Positions 46,570 to 59,820 of a DNA stretch of 64,000 nt are shown piece by piece. The stretch comes from Minutocellus sp. GHC0000111 (taxonomy: Eukaryota): the NCBI GenBank assembly GCA_977018835.1, contig OZ361257.1, forward strand, positions 1,488,001 through 1,552,000, read 5' to 3'. How positions within the stretch are numbered: position 1 is the first letter of the stretch; every line of letters starts with the position of its first letter. Made by a program: the position numbers and the translations under genes. The notes below the pieces were generated by a model. It saw only the letters and a list, made by a program, of their open reading frames with translations, ran no database searches and was not told where the DNA came from.

Positions 46570-48729
46570 ATGCTGCTAAGATACGCAGTGTGCTTTGTCC
46601 TTTTCTATCCAGTCTATTCGTTTTCATCTGTGAAAATCCAACCGCGCCTTGCACGTCCTTTCACTTCGACTTCCAAGCCTTCCAAGATGACGACATCAAG
46701 CGCGCCATCCGACGAAATCGACACGGAAGAGCGAGAGGAGATCACACCAAGGTGGTGTCCAGAGCAACAGATATACATCGGTGGCGTGGTCCCTTCGGAC
46801 AATGCCGACGTCGACCGTCTCCTCGCCGACAACGATGGTCATTTGCGCATATTTGGCTACGGTTCACTTTGCTGGAATCCAGGCAAGGAGGGTGCTTTGT
46901 CCAAGGCAGACGAGGGGGTGACACAGACGCTGGGACGAGCCGTTGGGTGGAAGCGATGCTGGGCACAGAGAAGTGCCGATCATAGAGGGACGCCATCGTT
47001 TCTCGGATTGGTCTGTACACTGTTGGCAGACAATGAAGTATTGAAGATACATCGGCAAGTGGAGGGAGATCCGGATGCGCAGGTAGATAGTCATCGTCCT
47101 CCGTCACTCACAGAGGGAGTAATCTACACCGTACCACCACATTTGGTGACAGAATGTTTGGAGGAGTTAGATTTCAGAGAAAAGGGCGGATATGAACGTG
47201 ATATCATTGATGTAATCGAAGACGACACAGGCAGCACAGTCCAGGCTCTTCTCTATCGTGGGACACCAGAAAATCCTGCGTTTTGGCCTCGAGCCCTTCT
47301 CGATTTACAGTTTGCTGCTGCAGTAATGTCGGTTGCTGTTGGACCATCTGGCCCGAATTGTGATTATTTATTCAATCTCGATCATTTTCTTGTCGATGCG
47401 GCAAAGTCATCTTCGGCGGCAGCTGCATCGTTCGAGGACCACAGCGGTGATGTCGACACCATGGCCCTCGCTAAAATGGCGAGGTCATTCCGCTCAAAGA
47501 GACTTTTCTTTCTCGTTGGCTGTGGTTCAAACCAATACCATCAGCTCTTACTGACGAAAGCCGCAGGACTGAAGAATGGCGACGAAGCACATGAGATGAA
47601 AGAGATTGTTTTGGCGGTGCAACCGAATGATGTAGATGAAAATATGATATCCAAACAAGTGTATTGTGGTGGTGGACACAGCGGGCTTTTAGCTGAAGAT
47701 GGCTCTCTCTACCTGTGGGGGTGGAATGCCCATGGCCAGTTGGGCCGAGAAGACGACGAAATAGATACTTCCACAAGCCAAGATGGCTTGACCATAATCG
47801 CTGAGCTGGATATCAAAGTCGAGAAGGCTGCACTAGGTCATGCGCATACCCTCATCATTGAAAAGGGTTCTGGAAGACTTTTGGCATTTGGAGATAATAC
47901 ACGTGGTCAGATCGATGGCACAGAAGGAGGACAGAAGAAAATTGCTACCCCAATTGAGTTGAAATACGCAGGAGAAGGTGAAAGGTTTGTAGATGTTGCT
48001 GCTGGATTATTTCATTATGCGGCGGCGATAAATTCTGAGGGCGAATTGATTACATTCGGTTGCCGAAGATTTGGGCAATGTCTGCACCACGGGGAGGATC
48101 ATTCGAAGATTGCAGTTGGGCGATGGCGTCCGGGGGATGGAAGTCGTCTTGTGAAGGTTGCTGCCGGACACCGACATACAGTCGTCCTCGATGAGCACGG
48201 ACGAGTATATGCTATGGGAAACAATAAATATGGTCAGCTCGGGAGAAAGGACGCATCCAAAAAGGGCGCGGCACAAATCGTTCCGCATCTTGTCGATGGA
48301 CCTTTGAGAGAAAAGGGATCTGGATGTGTTGACATCGGTTGTGGTTGGTCGCACAATATTGCCCTTGTCAAAGACGAGGCATCTTCTTCAATAACACTGT
48401 TTGGATGGGGTAGGAACGACAAGGGTCAGCTCGCCAGCAATTCGTATGAAAATATTGATGAACCTCAACTCCTTCATAAGGACGTAGACGGCAATCGAAT
48501 CGAGGCCTTTGATTGTGGTTCGGAATCAACCATGATTCTAGATACTGACGGTAACATTTATCAGACAGGGTGGAATGAGCATGGCAATCTGGGCATTGGT
48601 ACAAACAAGGATGTGAGCGAATTCGCCAAGGTGATAGGTGCAAAAGCGGCTGCGCCACCTCCATCCGATGGACGAGGGAAGACACTGATCGCCGCAGGCG
48701 GAGCTCACTGCTTGGTAATCAAACTGTAA
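46570..48729 (+). CDS. ChaC-type gamma-glutamylcyclotransferase fused to RCC1 repeats
   Basis: IFGYGSLCW, DHRGTP, LDFREKGGY, GPSGPNCDYL; then several GxxH...WGxNxxGQLG repeats in the same frame. Confidence 0.9.
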   Translation: MLLRYAVCFVLFYPVYSFSSVKIQPRLARPFTSTSKPSKMTTSSAPSDEIDTEEREEITPRWCPEQQIYIGGVVPSDNADVDRLLADNDGHLRIFGYGSLCWNPGKEGALSKADEGVTQTLGRAVGWKRCWAQRSADHRGTPSFLGLVCTLLADNEVLKIHRQVEGDPDAQVDSHRPPSLTEGVIYTVPPHLVTECLEELDFREKGGYERDIIDVIEDDTGSTVQALLYRGTPENPAFWPRALLDLQFAAAVMSVAVGPSGPNCDYLFNLDHFLVDAAKSSSAAAASFEDHSGDVDTMALAKMARSFRSKRLFFLVGCGSNQYHQLLLTKAAGLKNGDEAHEMKEIVLAVQPNDVDENMISKQVYCGGGHSGLLAEDGSLYLWGWNAHGQLGREDDEIDTSTSQDGLTIIAELDIKVEKAALGHAHTLIIEKGSGRLLAFGDNTRGQIDGTEGGQKKIATPIELKYAGEGERFVDVAAGLFHYAAAINSEGELITFGCRRFGQCLHHGEDHSKIAVGRWRPGDGSRLVKVAAGHRHTVVLDEHGRVYAMGNNKYGQLGRKDASKKGAAQIVPHLVDGPLREKGSGCVDIGCGWSHNIALVKDEASSSITLFGWGRNDKGQLASNSYENIDEPQLLHKDVDGNRIEAFDCGSESTMILDTDGNIYQTGWNEHGNLGIGTNKDVSEFAKVIGAKAAAPPPSDGRGKTLIAAGGAHCLVIKL

Positions 48730-48790
48730 TTTAGAGATTTGTCGCTAGCTATAAGTAAAAATTTTGGATGTGTAAAGAATCCTTCATTCC

Positions 48791-51700
48791 TTATTTTATC
48801 CGAAAAGGTTCCGTAACAACTGCAGTATCACCTCCAAGCAGAAGACCTCCCTTGGGCAGGTCACTGTCTTTCTTAGCGATGGGTGCATTCGCTTTCTTAA
48901 GTAGCTTGAACAGACCCGTGCCTAGCGGTATTGGGATACCACCTACAATGGCATCAGACCTTCCATGGACGGCGGCATCGAACAGATGGTCGGTAGTCTT
49001 CTCGAAGGACGCAAGCATGAGAACACTTTCTCTCATCTTGGCAACTCCGAAGCGGGTAATACCAAGAACTTCGCCCTTGAAAGTCATGACATCTGACAAG
49101 AGAAGAAGGTGACGACTGTCAATTCCGATGCCGTATGCAGTCATGATGTAGGAAATCTCTGCAGAAATCTGCGTTCTTGCAGCTTCGACGCCAAGAGTTT
49201 GTTCGACCTCAATGATGTGATTAGTTGTCGTGTGACGACCATCAACACCGGGCGAGCCCATCACTTCTGAGAGGCCGTAGCCCTCTACCAGCAGGTGGTA
49301 CGACGCTTTGCCATTCTTTTCCTCTTTGTTGATGACAGCGCGATTAATTGACGCGATACCTTGAACAATGACCTTTGGAAGAGCAACTTTGAGGTCTTGC
49401 ATAACAAAGAAGAGCGGCGGTGGCGCAGCGCCAGCCTTACCAGATACCTCTGGAACATAGACACGAAGCTTGGAATTGGACCCTTTCTTGATCTGAACAT
49501 TATCATCCTTGAGACTTCTGAGAACTGCCGGCCGGGTCACGCCGCGAGATCCACGGAGGATGGATCTTCTCACCGTGTAGGCGTCAATGTCTAGCTTCAG
49601 TTGATCGATGGCATCCATATCGAGCTGAATCGAAATGTAGCATTTGCCCGGAGCGTAGACCTCCTTGATGTAGGACGAAATCTCGCCCAAATTTGTCTTT
49701 TCGATTTGGGCCTTGACGACTCGGGCGCCGACCTTGTTATCGTCCTGAACGAGCTTGGCGGTAATAATGGGAGTTGAGATTAGTTTGGAGGCGTTGATAA
49801 TCTCTTTGAGACGCGGAACACCCAGCGTCACGTACATCGAAGAAACACCCGCAAAGTGGAAGGTCTTGAGGGTCATTTGAGTTCCAGGCTCACTGATACT
49901 CTGAGCTCCCGTTGCTCCAATGGCCTCGCCAGCCTCAACGTAGGCCTTGGTGTACTTGGAAAGAGCTCTCTCCATTAGCAACTCCACCTGCGTCCGAGTG
50001 AAACGACAACAATTCCACGTCCTTTGGTTGATAATTTCTTGAGTAGACTTGCCACAAATATCCGCCAAAAGGTCTTCCTCCTTCTTGGCACAGTCTCTGA
50101 AGTATTTCCGAATCTCTTCGATAAAAAAAACTACCGCCAGGAAGTATGGCCTTGAATTGCTCTCCTTCCAGCTTTTCATTCACAAAGGATAGCAGATTGT
50201 CTCCTCTCAAGGCATCCTCATCAATGTCGGGTTGGATTTGACTTATGCTGAGCCGAAGTCTATCAAAGTCAACGGGGCGTCCATTGTTCTCCATCATTGC
50301 CGGGTTCAAATTGTCGTCTCCGTAGACGAATTGAACGACAGTATTCTCGCTATTCCGAACGGTCGAGTCATATTGCAACGATAGATCCTCGAGGGCCTTC
50401 ATTAGACGACGGGCCATGTAGCCTGTCTCGGCCGTTTTCACTGCAGTATCGACCAAACCTTCACGACCTCCCATGGTATGGAAGAAGAATTCCGTTGGCG
50501 TGAGACCAGAGTAGAACGAGTTGGCAACAAATCCCTTGGCTTTGGGAGTAAGCTCCTCATATTGGAAATGAGGGAGGGTCCGATTAACAAATCCATTTTC
50601 AATGCGATTTCCGCCGACGGCCTGCTGACCGACGCAGGCAATCATTTGCGAGATGTTCAGAGGACTGCCCTTAGACCCGCATTCTGCCATGATACGAGGC
50701 GTATTGGTCCAAGGCAATGCCTTCATTGCCTCCAGTCCTGCTGATTCACGCAGCTTACCAAGGACGCCATTGAGAATTTCCTCCAGAGATTGGAGAAGAT
50801 CGCAGCCAGGCCTGAGCTCGAGTGTTCCCTCATCGTACTTTCGAATACTTTCCTCGGCCTTGGCATATCCCTTGGAAAGAATGTCGTGCTTGAGCCTTTG
50901 AAGCTCTTCGGAAGGGGTTACGTCGGATATTCCAATCGAAAATCCCTTGTGACCACCGAAGAAGCGAGAACAGAGTTTGGAGAATCGATCCATCATTCGA
51001 GCTGCCTCAAGCTGGCCACAGTCTCGAAGAAGAACGTAGATCAATCCTGTTTTACTGCCATCTCCGATTGTCTTCTTGGCGATGTTTCCCGAAAGCAGCT
51101 CGCTATTACGAAAGGCAACCCACCCATCGTTCGGACAAAAGTGTTTGCGCTTGAGATCGGAGGCATAGTTCTTCTCCTTGTTCTCGAAGTTCACCATAAC
51201 CTTTGATGCCTTGTTGGGACGCAGCAACATTCCAAAGAGCTGCTTACCACTCCAAAGCGCAACGGGCTTTATGATAGCAGGCGTTGGAATATCAATCTGT
51301 TCGTCAGCGTCACCAAAGTACGACACCAGCCGACAGAATTCCTCGAGGGTAAAGAACCGATCCTTCTGGGTGATGAGGTAGGCGGCCGATAAGAAATCCT
51401 GAGCAGACGCAACAAGCGGCTCTCCATTTCGAGGAGTGATCAAATTTTCATGGACACCCATAAGTAGATTAGCTTCTGCCCTAGCTTCTTCCGTCTGGGG
51501 TAGATGCATATTCATTTCATCACCATCGAAATCGGCATTGTATGGAGCGCAAACCTGAATATTGAAGCGAAACGTTCGCCACTCCATCACCTTAACTCGG
51601 TGAGACATGATAGAAAGTTTGTGCAAAGATGGCTGCCGATTGAATAGCACGACGTCGCCGTCTTCCATGTGGCGTTCTACAATGTCACCAACACGAAGCA

Positions 51701-53246
51701 TCTCGGCAGCTCGGTTACGATCGCCAAAGGCAAGAGACTTATTAAAGCCACCCTCGCCCGAGCTGCGAATTAGGTTGGCTCCTGGATGGACTTCTGGTCC
51801 ATTCCTAACTCGGACGCGCAACTTTTCAATATTGTATCGCGACACTCGCTCTGTTTCGCATAGTATCAGTAGATGAAAGAGCGTGGAGGTTTATGAGTAA
51901 ATGAGTAAGAAAACTGATGCTGTCAAACCTGATGGAACGGAAAGGAAAAAAAGGAAATAGAAACGCAAGAACTTACCGGGATATGTCATGATCTTTGCCA
52001 CGTGAACTGGAACTCCCACCTGATCGACCCGTAGATTGGGATCGGGCGAAATTACAGTACGAGCAGAAAAGTCGACACGCTTTCCAGACAAATTGCCACG
52101 GAATCGTCCTTGTTTGCCCTTGAGGCGTTGACAAAGGCCTCGGATAGGTTTGGATCCGATGGGTCGCTGCAGACCTGGCATCTCACCGTTGATGTACTGA
52201 GCCACTTGTACCTGCAGAAAGTCCCATTCCTCCATAATCGTGCGAGTTTGCGGACCACGCGTCATGGCTAGCTCTAGAGCAACGTTGACATCGAGGATCT
52301 CCTGTAGCTTCACGGTGAGATCATCCTCATTGGAGCCACCACCAACATCCATAGCGACCGAGGGTCGGATGGGAACAGGCGGTACCAGCAGGTTCTGTAG
52401 AATCAGATTTTCCGGCCGACCAATGACGGGGTCCAACCACAGCACTTCACAGTCCACATCTGGAATCTTCCGAAACAGCTCCAGGCATCGAGTCGGTAGC
52501 AGGTCCTCCACTGCCACTCGAAGAGCCGATCGGATGCCCTCGGGATTGGTACTGAGCACATGGTCCAAACTAGCAGTGAGTTCATCCATCTCATCCTCCA
52601 TATGCCGGCCCTTATATTTCTCATACACAATCTTGAGCGTTGGCACCCCCGATACCTTTTTTACGGTGCCGTTGGAAGCCTGGCAGTGAGGACAAACCCG
52701 GCATTTCTTACATTTGTCGATGACACGCTTGAAGGCCGCCGATCGCGCCAAGACGTCCGTCCGAGGACTGCGAACTCGTCGAAGCGTCGTCTGCTGTTCG
52801 CCATCGGGAATCAATACCCGACTGCACGTCTTGCAGATGCACTGCAATATGTTGAGCGTGTGCTTGATGAAGCCAATGTGAAACACCGGAACGGCCAGGC
52901 GGATGTATCCGTAATGACCGGCGCAGTCCACCAACTTGCGCTTGCACGTGGCGCACGTCGAGGTTTTGTCCGATACGCCCAACCGAGGATCGAGACATCC
53001 GCACATGGCGGGGGTTCGAGAGGGCATGCTAAACAATTCACGAGAGCACACCTGGAACTCGGCCACCCGCTGCATTTCGGCGGGGGATAGAAGACCGAAC
53101 TCCAGATGGGCAATTTTCTTGGGAGCAATGGACTCCTTTACCAGGACCTTTGATCGCTGTGCCTTTGGATTGTCGTCGACATCCTTGGCAGCACCGAAGC
53201 CGCCGTTCATGGCGCCGCCGCTACCTTTCCTACCAGGGGCGGGCAT
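48791..53246 (-). CDS. RPC1: RNA polymerase III largest subunit; intron 51851-51976; frameshift 50123-50130; 7-aa deletion at 48940
   Basis: CAGHYG, RLKGKQGRFRGNLSGKRVDFS, NADFDGDEMN, SKGSPLNISQM, GREGLVDTAVKTAETGY, EPGTQMTLKTFH, VLMLASFEKT; no CTD heptads. Confidence 0.96.
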
Positions 53247-53365
53247 TATGCTTAATGGCGTGAGCAAGTAAAGCTGGCTACGTAGCTACTATATGTACGC
53301 ACAGCCGCAGTATGGCGGCTTGCTTGCTTTGACGATGCTTCGAATGGGCGGCGAGGCGTACCTAG

Positions 53366-53391
53366 CCTAGGTAGGCCTAGGCCTACCTAGG
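53366..53391. repeat. 26-bp perfect palindrome upstream of RPC1
   Basis: CCTAGGTAGGCCTAGGCCTACCTAGG equals its own reverse complement. Confidence 0.9.
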
Positions 53392-54085
53392 TAGGCGCCA
53401 GTCCAGTTCGGATCAGGTTATGAGCCTGCTAGCCTGATTGGCCAATCTCAAAATGAAGGTGGACAAAGGCAAGATTGCAAGATGATATTATGGCACAGAA
53501 CCACGCCTCAGACATCATCGGTAGATGGATCGACACACTCAATTAGATCTAATAAATGCACATGTATAATCTACATTTCTATATTATATTTATAGGGATT
53601 CCTAGATCTATCTCCTCTTTTCAAATGAAGATACATGTAGACATGAATTGTAAAACACGTGAATAAATCGAGATGAAATGGCGGTCATCTTCGCAATTTT
53701 CGGTAACACACGTAATATTGGAATGGAGGAAATTGATTAGTTGATACGGATCCACTGTGATTGGCATGTGCATCGCCGACATCCGAATCGCCAAGATCTG
53801 CTAACTTAGACACTCTTATGCGATATTCTCCTATTGGTACCACAAGGCACATGTTCATGTGGGTAAAAGAGAGAAAGCATACACTAAGCGAGACGAGAGG
53901 GTATAATGGAATCTAACTTTTACGCTGCATCAGGACCAATTCATGTACGAATCTTTGTTTTGTTGCAAACCGGTACTCCCAATGCGTGCACATCCAATCC
54001 AGAGCAAGGACAAGTATGCATGCTCTCACTTTTGATCATCAGCATGCTGGCCGTATTTTAGAATTTGTTGATTGATCTTGTCTAC

Positions 54086-54763
54086 CTACTGCTTCTGCTC
54101 CTCCTCTTCCTCCTGGTTGCCACCAATATCGACGACTCGGGAGACGACTTCATTCAGCACTTCGGCGACGGCTGTGTCGATGAGATTGTCGCAGTACTGC
54201 TCCACGAACTCAACAATCTTGGGAGAATCGTCGGCGATGATCTTGGATGAGCTCTTGCTGCCGTTGCTGTCGTTGCTGCCGCCGTTGCCGCCGTTGCCGC
54301 CGCCCTTCTTGGCGATACCAGTGCCTGAAGCGCTGGTAAGATCAGCAACTCCACCGGTCGTCCCATTCTCCATCGTCTTGCCATCGGCGAACGAATCCTT
54401 GAGCAGAATCATACCGTTGGAGTCCTTCTCCTTCTTGTCCTGCTTGTCGTCTACGAGGACGTACGACTCGGCGATATCCTCCTTGGCCATCTTGAAGGTA
54501 TTATCCTCCTCGATTTTCTTCGACTTTCCACCATCATTGTCGACGATGACGCCGAGATCCATTTCCTCCTCTGCCGCCACGTCGTCGTCCTTCTGGTTCT
54601 TTTCGTCATTGTCGGCCATCATAATGGCCTGGGCGGCAATGAGACACGCGAGGGTGAGGAGGAAGATTTTGGCGGACTGCGTGGTGAGAGTCTTGGCCAG
54701 AATGAGGGATCCAATGCCGCAGACGATGGCATTGCGAATCGAGGTTGTTGAAATGGTCATCAT
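54086..54763 (-). CDS. Hypothetical membrane-anchored protein with acidic tail
   Basis: Two N-terminal hydrophobic stretches, then a D/E/K-rich region; ATG in CAACATG context. Confidence 0.6.
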   Translation of the reverse strand: MMTISTTSIRNAIVCGIGSLILAKTLTTQSAKIFLLTLACLIAAQAIMMADNDEKNQKDDDVAAEEEMDLGVIVDNDGGKSKKIEEDNTFKMAKEDIAESYVLVDDKQDKKEKDSNGMILLKDSFADGKTMENGTTGGVADLTSASGTGIAKKGGGNGGNGGSNDSNGSKSSSKIIADDSPKIVEFVEQYCDNLIDTAVAEVLNEVVSRVVDIGGNQEEEEEQKQ

Positions 54764-55172
54764 GTTGCTTGTTGGGTGCTGGTTGTTGTTGTTGTTGCAG
54801 ATTGTGTTGGTTGCTTGTTGTTTCGATTTGCTGTTGTATTTTGTGAGACCGATTCTAAGATTTCGAGAGCGAGCGTGACTGAGATTTGAAGGATGGGACT
54901 CTGTAGCGCTGGCTGGCTGGCCTCCCCCACGCCACCCAAGCAAGCGTACATGTACCGCAAGTCAACGACCAGCCGCCATCATGGCTAGCTGGAGGAAGGC
55001 AAGGCTGCGAACCTTCAGTGCGAACCATGATCTATCGTCTGGCCGTCAGCTCGTCCGTCCGTCCATGCCCGTGAGCTTTCCGTGCCCGTACCCATGGCAT
55101 TTGCTATCGATCGGCGCTCTGCCCCCTCCCTGCAACAGCACCTACCGATCTCTCACACCGCCACCACCAACA

Positions 55173-56753
55173 ATGAGCGGAGGAGAAGTAACGTCCCAGT
55201 CGACCCTGGCCAAGCTCACCGTGGCGGCGCCCCTCCTTTCCAAGGATCCCCTCCTTTCCCTCGTTGTTTCGCTCTGTCCCCCTCAGGAGCTCACCGTCTC
55301 CCTCAAGAAGAAGGGCGCCGACCTCGCCTTGGCCCTCAACAACGACACCCTCACCCTCACCCACCGCAATGCCATCCTCCGCTCCCTTTGTGGGATGGCC
55401 CTGCACAATCAGCTCGACGGCGCACCGCTGTACCTGCTCGGTGGCAACTCCGCTCCTGGCGGCGGAGCCGTCGCTGCATCCCCCGATGCCGCTTTGGCTC
55501 TGGCCGGCATCTCCAGTTGGATGAGCGTTGCCGATTCCATCCGGCAGGATTCTCAGGAGCTCGCCCAGTTGCTGGACCATCTCGATGGATACCTGACCAC
55601 TCGCTCCTTCTTGGTTTCCAGTCCCTCGTGCACCATGTGAGTTGGTTTGGTCGATGTGCTCGTTTGTATTAAATTATGCTCCAAAATTGCCTGGCTCTGC
55701 AGCTCTGCTGACCATTTTTCCTCGTCATAATTATCTCTCACTCACAATATTCGATTCGCTCTAAACAGTGCCGACTTGGACCTGTACATGGCCATTGCAT
55801 CGTCTGCATCGGCCGAGGTCCTTACCGACCTCCTCGCCTCGGGCACCAAGCGCGCCAATGTCACTCGGTGGCTCGTTCAGTGCCAATCGACGGCAGCCGA
55901 TCTGGCTGCGTCGGCTCCTGGTGCCGGTACCGTTGCCGCCAACCTCGATGGACTCGTTTCGATCGCCCCCGCCGCTCAGCCCGTCCCCTTCTTCTTTGAT
56001 GGTGAAGAGGACGAAGCTGCCGTGGCTGCCGCTGCTGCGGCTGCCAAGCCATCGACGGGTGCTGCCAACAAGGGTGGCAAGGGTGGAGATGCCAAGAAGC
56101 AGGGAGCACCGGCTGGTGGTGCCGCTGGAGGGGAAATGACCGAAGAGCAAAAGAAGGCTGCGGCCGAGAAGCGGGCCAAGGCCAAGGCCGAAAAGGCGGC
56201 CAAGAAGGCCAAGCAACCCAAGGCGAAGCATCAGGCCGCCCCGGCGGCGGAGCTCAATATCTCAGCACTGGACATTCGAGTTGGAAAGATCCTCAAGGCT
56301 TGGAATCACGAGGAGGCCGAAAAGTTGTACTGCGAGGAAGTGGACGTCGGAGAAGACAAGCCTCGGCAAATTGCTTCCGGGCTGAGACCGTTCTACAATT
56401 TGGAGGAGATGCAGGGACGGACGGTCCTGGTGCTGTGCAATCTCAAGGCTCGCAATTTGGTTGGCTTTCCCAGCCACGGGATGGTGATGTGTGCATCGAA
56501 CGATGATCATACCAAGGTCGAATTTGCCGTCCCTCCCGAGGGTGCCAAGATTGGAGAGCGCGTCATGTTCGAGGGTCACGATGGCGAGCCTGAGGCTGAG
56601 AACAAGGTCGCCAAGAAGAAGATGTTTGAGAAGCTGGCGCCCGATCTCAAGACCAACGCCGACGGCGTCATTGAATGGAAGGGTGCCACGTCCAAGACGA
56701 GCGCGGGACCCTGCAAGGCTGTCAATGGCATGCCCAATGCCCAGGTTGCATAA
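55173..56753 (+). CDS. Arc1p/AIMP1-like aminoacyl-tRNA synthetase cofactor (GST-like + tRNA-binding OB fold); intron 55637-55768
   Basis: LDGYLTTRSFLV...T|IADL; LDIRVGKI, EKLYCEEVDVGE, RQIASGL, VLCNLK, SHGMVMCAS. Confidence 0.92.
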
Positions 56754-56836
56754 GCAAGACGGATCCACGCCCTAGCGATATAGATACTAAAGCAGTCGAC
56801 ACAAAAAAAATCTAATATGAATGTACAAACTCCGCC

Positions 56837-59820
56837 TCACATCAGCGGAGTGGACAAAGCAGGCATAGCATCTGTCCGGGAACTCCTCTTCTTTTGCCTT
56901 GGCGTCCCCTGTTGTTCCTGCTGCTGCGGTTGTTGCCGAATCGTAACTTCTATCTCGGGAAGAGCATATTCCAATGGGGGCGAACCGGGGGGAGGGGAGG
57001 CCGGCCTCGCAGATTCCTCCGATGCCATCTGCGACTCATCCACCTCTACACCATCTTCGTTGGCCTCGGCGCTCTGACTAGTTGCCATGATTATCACATC
57101 GTTTGCTTCGGGCGATACAGTTGCTTGCGCCAGCTTCTTCGCCTCGCACTGAGCCCAGCTGTAGAAGGCCCACAGCAGCACCAGAGAGATCAAGAACAGT
57201 AATATGGCAACGCGTCCAAGTGGTAGAATCAGATTCTTCCAATCACCGTCCAAATGCTCGTCGATCGTGTAAGTGAGCTGATAATCAGCAAAGCAGGCCC
57301 CCGAGAAGAGCTGGACCATGTAGCAGCAAGTCACCATGGTGGCCAAGCTGAGCTGAAGCGTTAGCTTCGCCATCAGAGGCACCTTGGGCCACTGCGTGAC
57401 CTCTCGGTAACATTCGTTGAGGTGCTTCTCTTTGTCTTCTAGCACCTTGACTTCCTCGTCGACTTCGATTGCGTCCAATTCTTCTGTTCTTTGAGACGCC
57501 GTCTGTTCCAAATAATAGGCAGCAACAATCATACTGCCGAATTGCACAATAGCCGTCAACGCAGCAGATATTGTTGCTAGAGCCCCAGCCCATGGAAATT
57601 CCGGTTGGCCGGAATCCGTCGTTAACCCCGCCATGTAGGTAAAGGACCCAGTGAGCATTGTTGGAAGAATGAGGAAGATTACGGGAGTTGTTCCGAGAAG
57701 GATTGGAAACAAATCCAGCTTCATCAGACCACAAAGTACACTCGTCGGCCAATCCGGACCGCCAATCAAAATGGCAACCTTGTCAATGCTGAACCAACGT
57801 TTCTGACCAAGAATAAGTCGCATGGACTTGATGAGGTTTGAATTGATTTGGACTGCCTTTCGTACTGACACATAGTGCGATAGTAGTTCTCCGATGGCCT
57901 TCTGCTGCAAAGTACAGGCGAGTAGCTTGAGAAGGAGTGATACAGCGGCTCCGTAGGCCATACAGCCAATGATGCCAAGCGTTTCGCGCCCCGTGGCCAA
58001 GACAACAATTCCAAGAGTGAGGTAGATCGGAACGCCAGGTACTGGTGGAAGCATAAACATGAGCAGACCGACGCCTACCATAATGCCGGTGACAGCACCG
58101 AGACCCAGCGGGCTCGTCTTTTCGATCAACCACGAGAGGAAGAGGACTGTGAATCGAGCGACGATGACCTGCAAGACCATGAATGCAAATCCCCACAATA
58201 CTGCATAGACCAAGATCTTGCTCCTATCCCAAGACTTGAAGGTGCGTATTTTGCTCCGAGCTCGTTTCGTCACGAAGTCCTTTCGCTCCTCGTCGGACTC
58301 GAGAGGTTTTGTCATGGGCAACCCAATCCTCCGAACTGACTGATTGATCATCGAAAGGAACAAATATACTATGGCAACTGGCGCCAGTAGAACTGTTGCC
58401 ATTCCGCGAACAATGTCCAGATGATCGCCCCATTTGTCCTTGATCCGCTCCCAAAAGCCCTTGGCGTGAACCTTCCTCTCATCATGACGGATACTGCTTG
58501 CCATAAAGATTGCAGAACCGACGAATGCCGCCAATGTGATGGCCAGCAGCGCCGTGGACACACCAGCAGCAATACCAGCCAACGAGGCCGTGAGCCAAAT
58601 GGTAAACAAGAGGAAAATCCAAAGCTTGGCAAAATTGATCACATCCTTCTCGGCATCGCTCTCCGTTCGGAGGAAGGCACAGAAGAAGCTCAGGAAGAAC
58701 AGCACCAGCCCAACGAGGAGTGGTCCGACCCAAAGGATGAAGGTGTTGATGCAATTCTCGTACACATTGACACAAGTCTCAGAGCATCCGTCCTCAAAGA
58801 TAATTTCCGTATATCCCTCCGTCGTAAAGCACGCCTCCCCGGGATTGACTTGGCTCTCACATTCCGGATATGTATCCAAATCGGGCTCACAACCCGCCGC
58901 TTCGGCGCTCGTTACGCGTGTAATTTCGTTCCATTCGTTCTCATCCCTCAAGAACGTCCAGATGAACCAAACAATGCCCGTGATTAGACTAATGAAGAGC
59001 AGCGGACCGGACAACCAACTCACATACGTCCTCGTCCGTACGTTGGAGTAAAAGACTTTCTTCACCGTCACCAACCACATGGGCGTGAGAAAGGCAAAGA
59101 GGCAGATTGGTCCGTAGGGGTAATCGCCGGTGAGGAGCAGGACCAGCACGGTAATTCCTCCCACGAATATCCACCACGTTGCCTTCCGACATATCTTGCC
59201 CACACCGGATTGCCATTCGGTAAAGTCAAACAGATACATGGTGGTGATGAACGCCACGGTGGCAATTCCAACAATCGGGGCGTACTCGCTGTACCGGTCG
59301 GCGAGGTAGTAGAAACAGTCGATTCCAAAGCCCATCCGAGTAAATGCTAAGATGTAGATTGCGGCACTGCGTCGAACGGATGCAAAAAATAGATTAGAAC
59401 GTGCCAACAAGCAAGTGCAACGCAAGCACAAATTAATGACGATGATTCGATTACCTCAGCACAAGAAACTCACGGTATGGCCACCTTGAACGAAAGGCTG
59501 AAGAAGGTGCACCACGGCAGTGGTTCGGCCTTGGGCAGGACCGTCCGGACGGTCTTCATGACAATTTTGGACGGGCTGCTCTTGGGGGTGTGCGGTGGTG
59601 ACGACGACTCCGACACGGCCGCCGCCGACAGGTGCTGTGCGTCCGCATGCGCATTCCGCGCATTGTCGTCGGTATCTGGTGCCGCAGACATTTCCCCGGT
59701 GCTGGACGAGGCCGGGATGTCGCCCGACGTGAGGCTGTGAACGGTCGATGCCGGTGATCCCGGAGGTGACGCCGGTGCGGAGGGGACGGATGCCGTCCCG
59801 CCGGCCTCGAGGTCTGCCAC
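56837..59820 (-). CDS. Multi-pass membrane protein with a VTT/SNARE-associated (DedA/Tvp38-like) domain; intron from 59473, acceptor and start unresolved
   Basis: Many TM helices; FMLPPVPGVPIYL and KVAILIGGPDWPTSVLCG motifs. Confidence 0.75.

Noticed and set aside
53400..54060. Possible ncRNA in the AT-rich gap
   Set aside because: No convincing box motifs, cloverleaf or stable structure found by eye.
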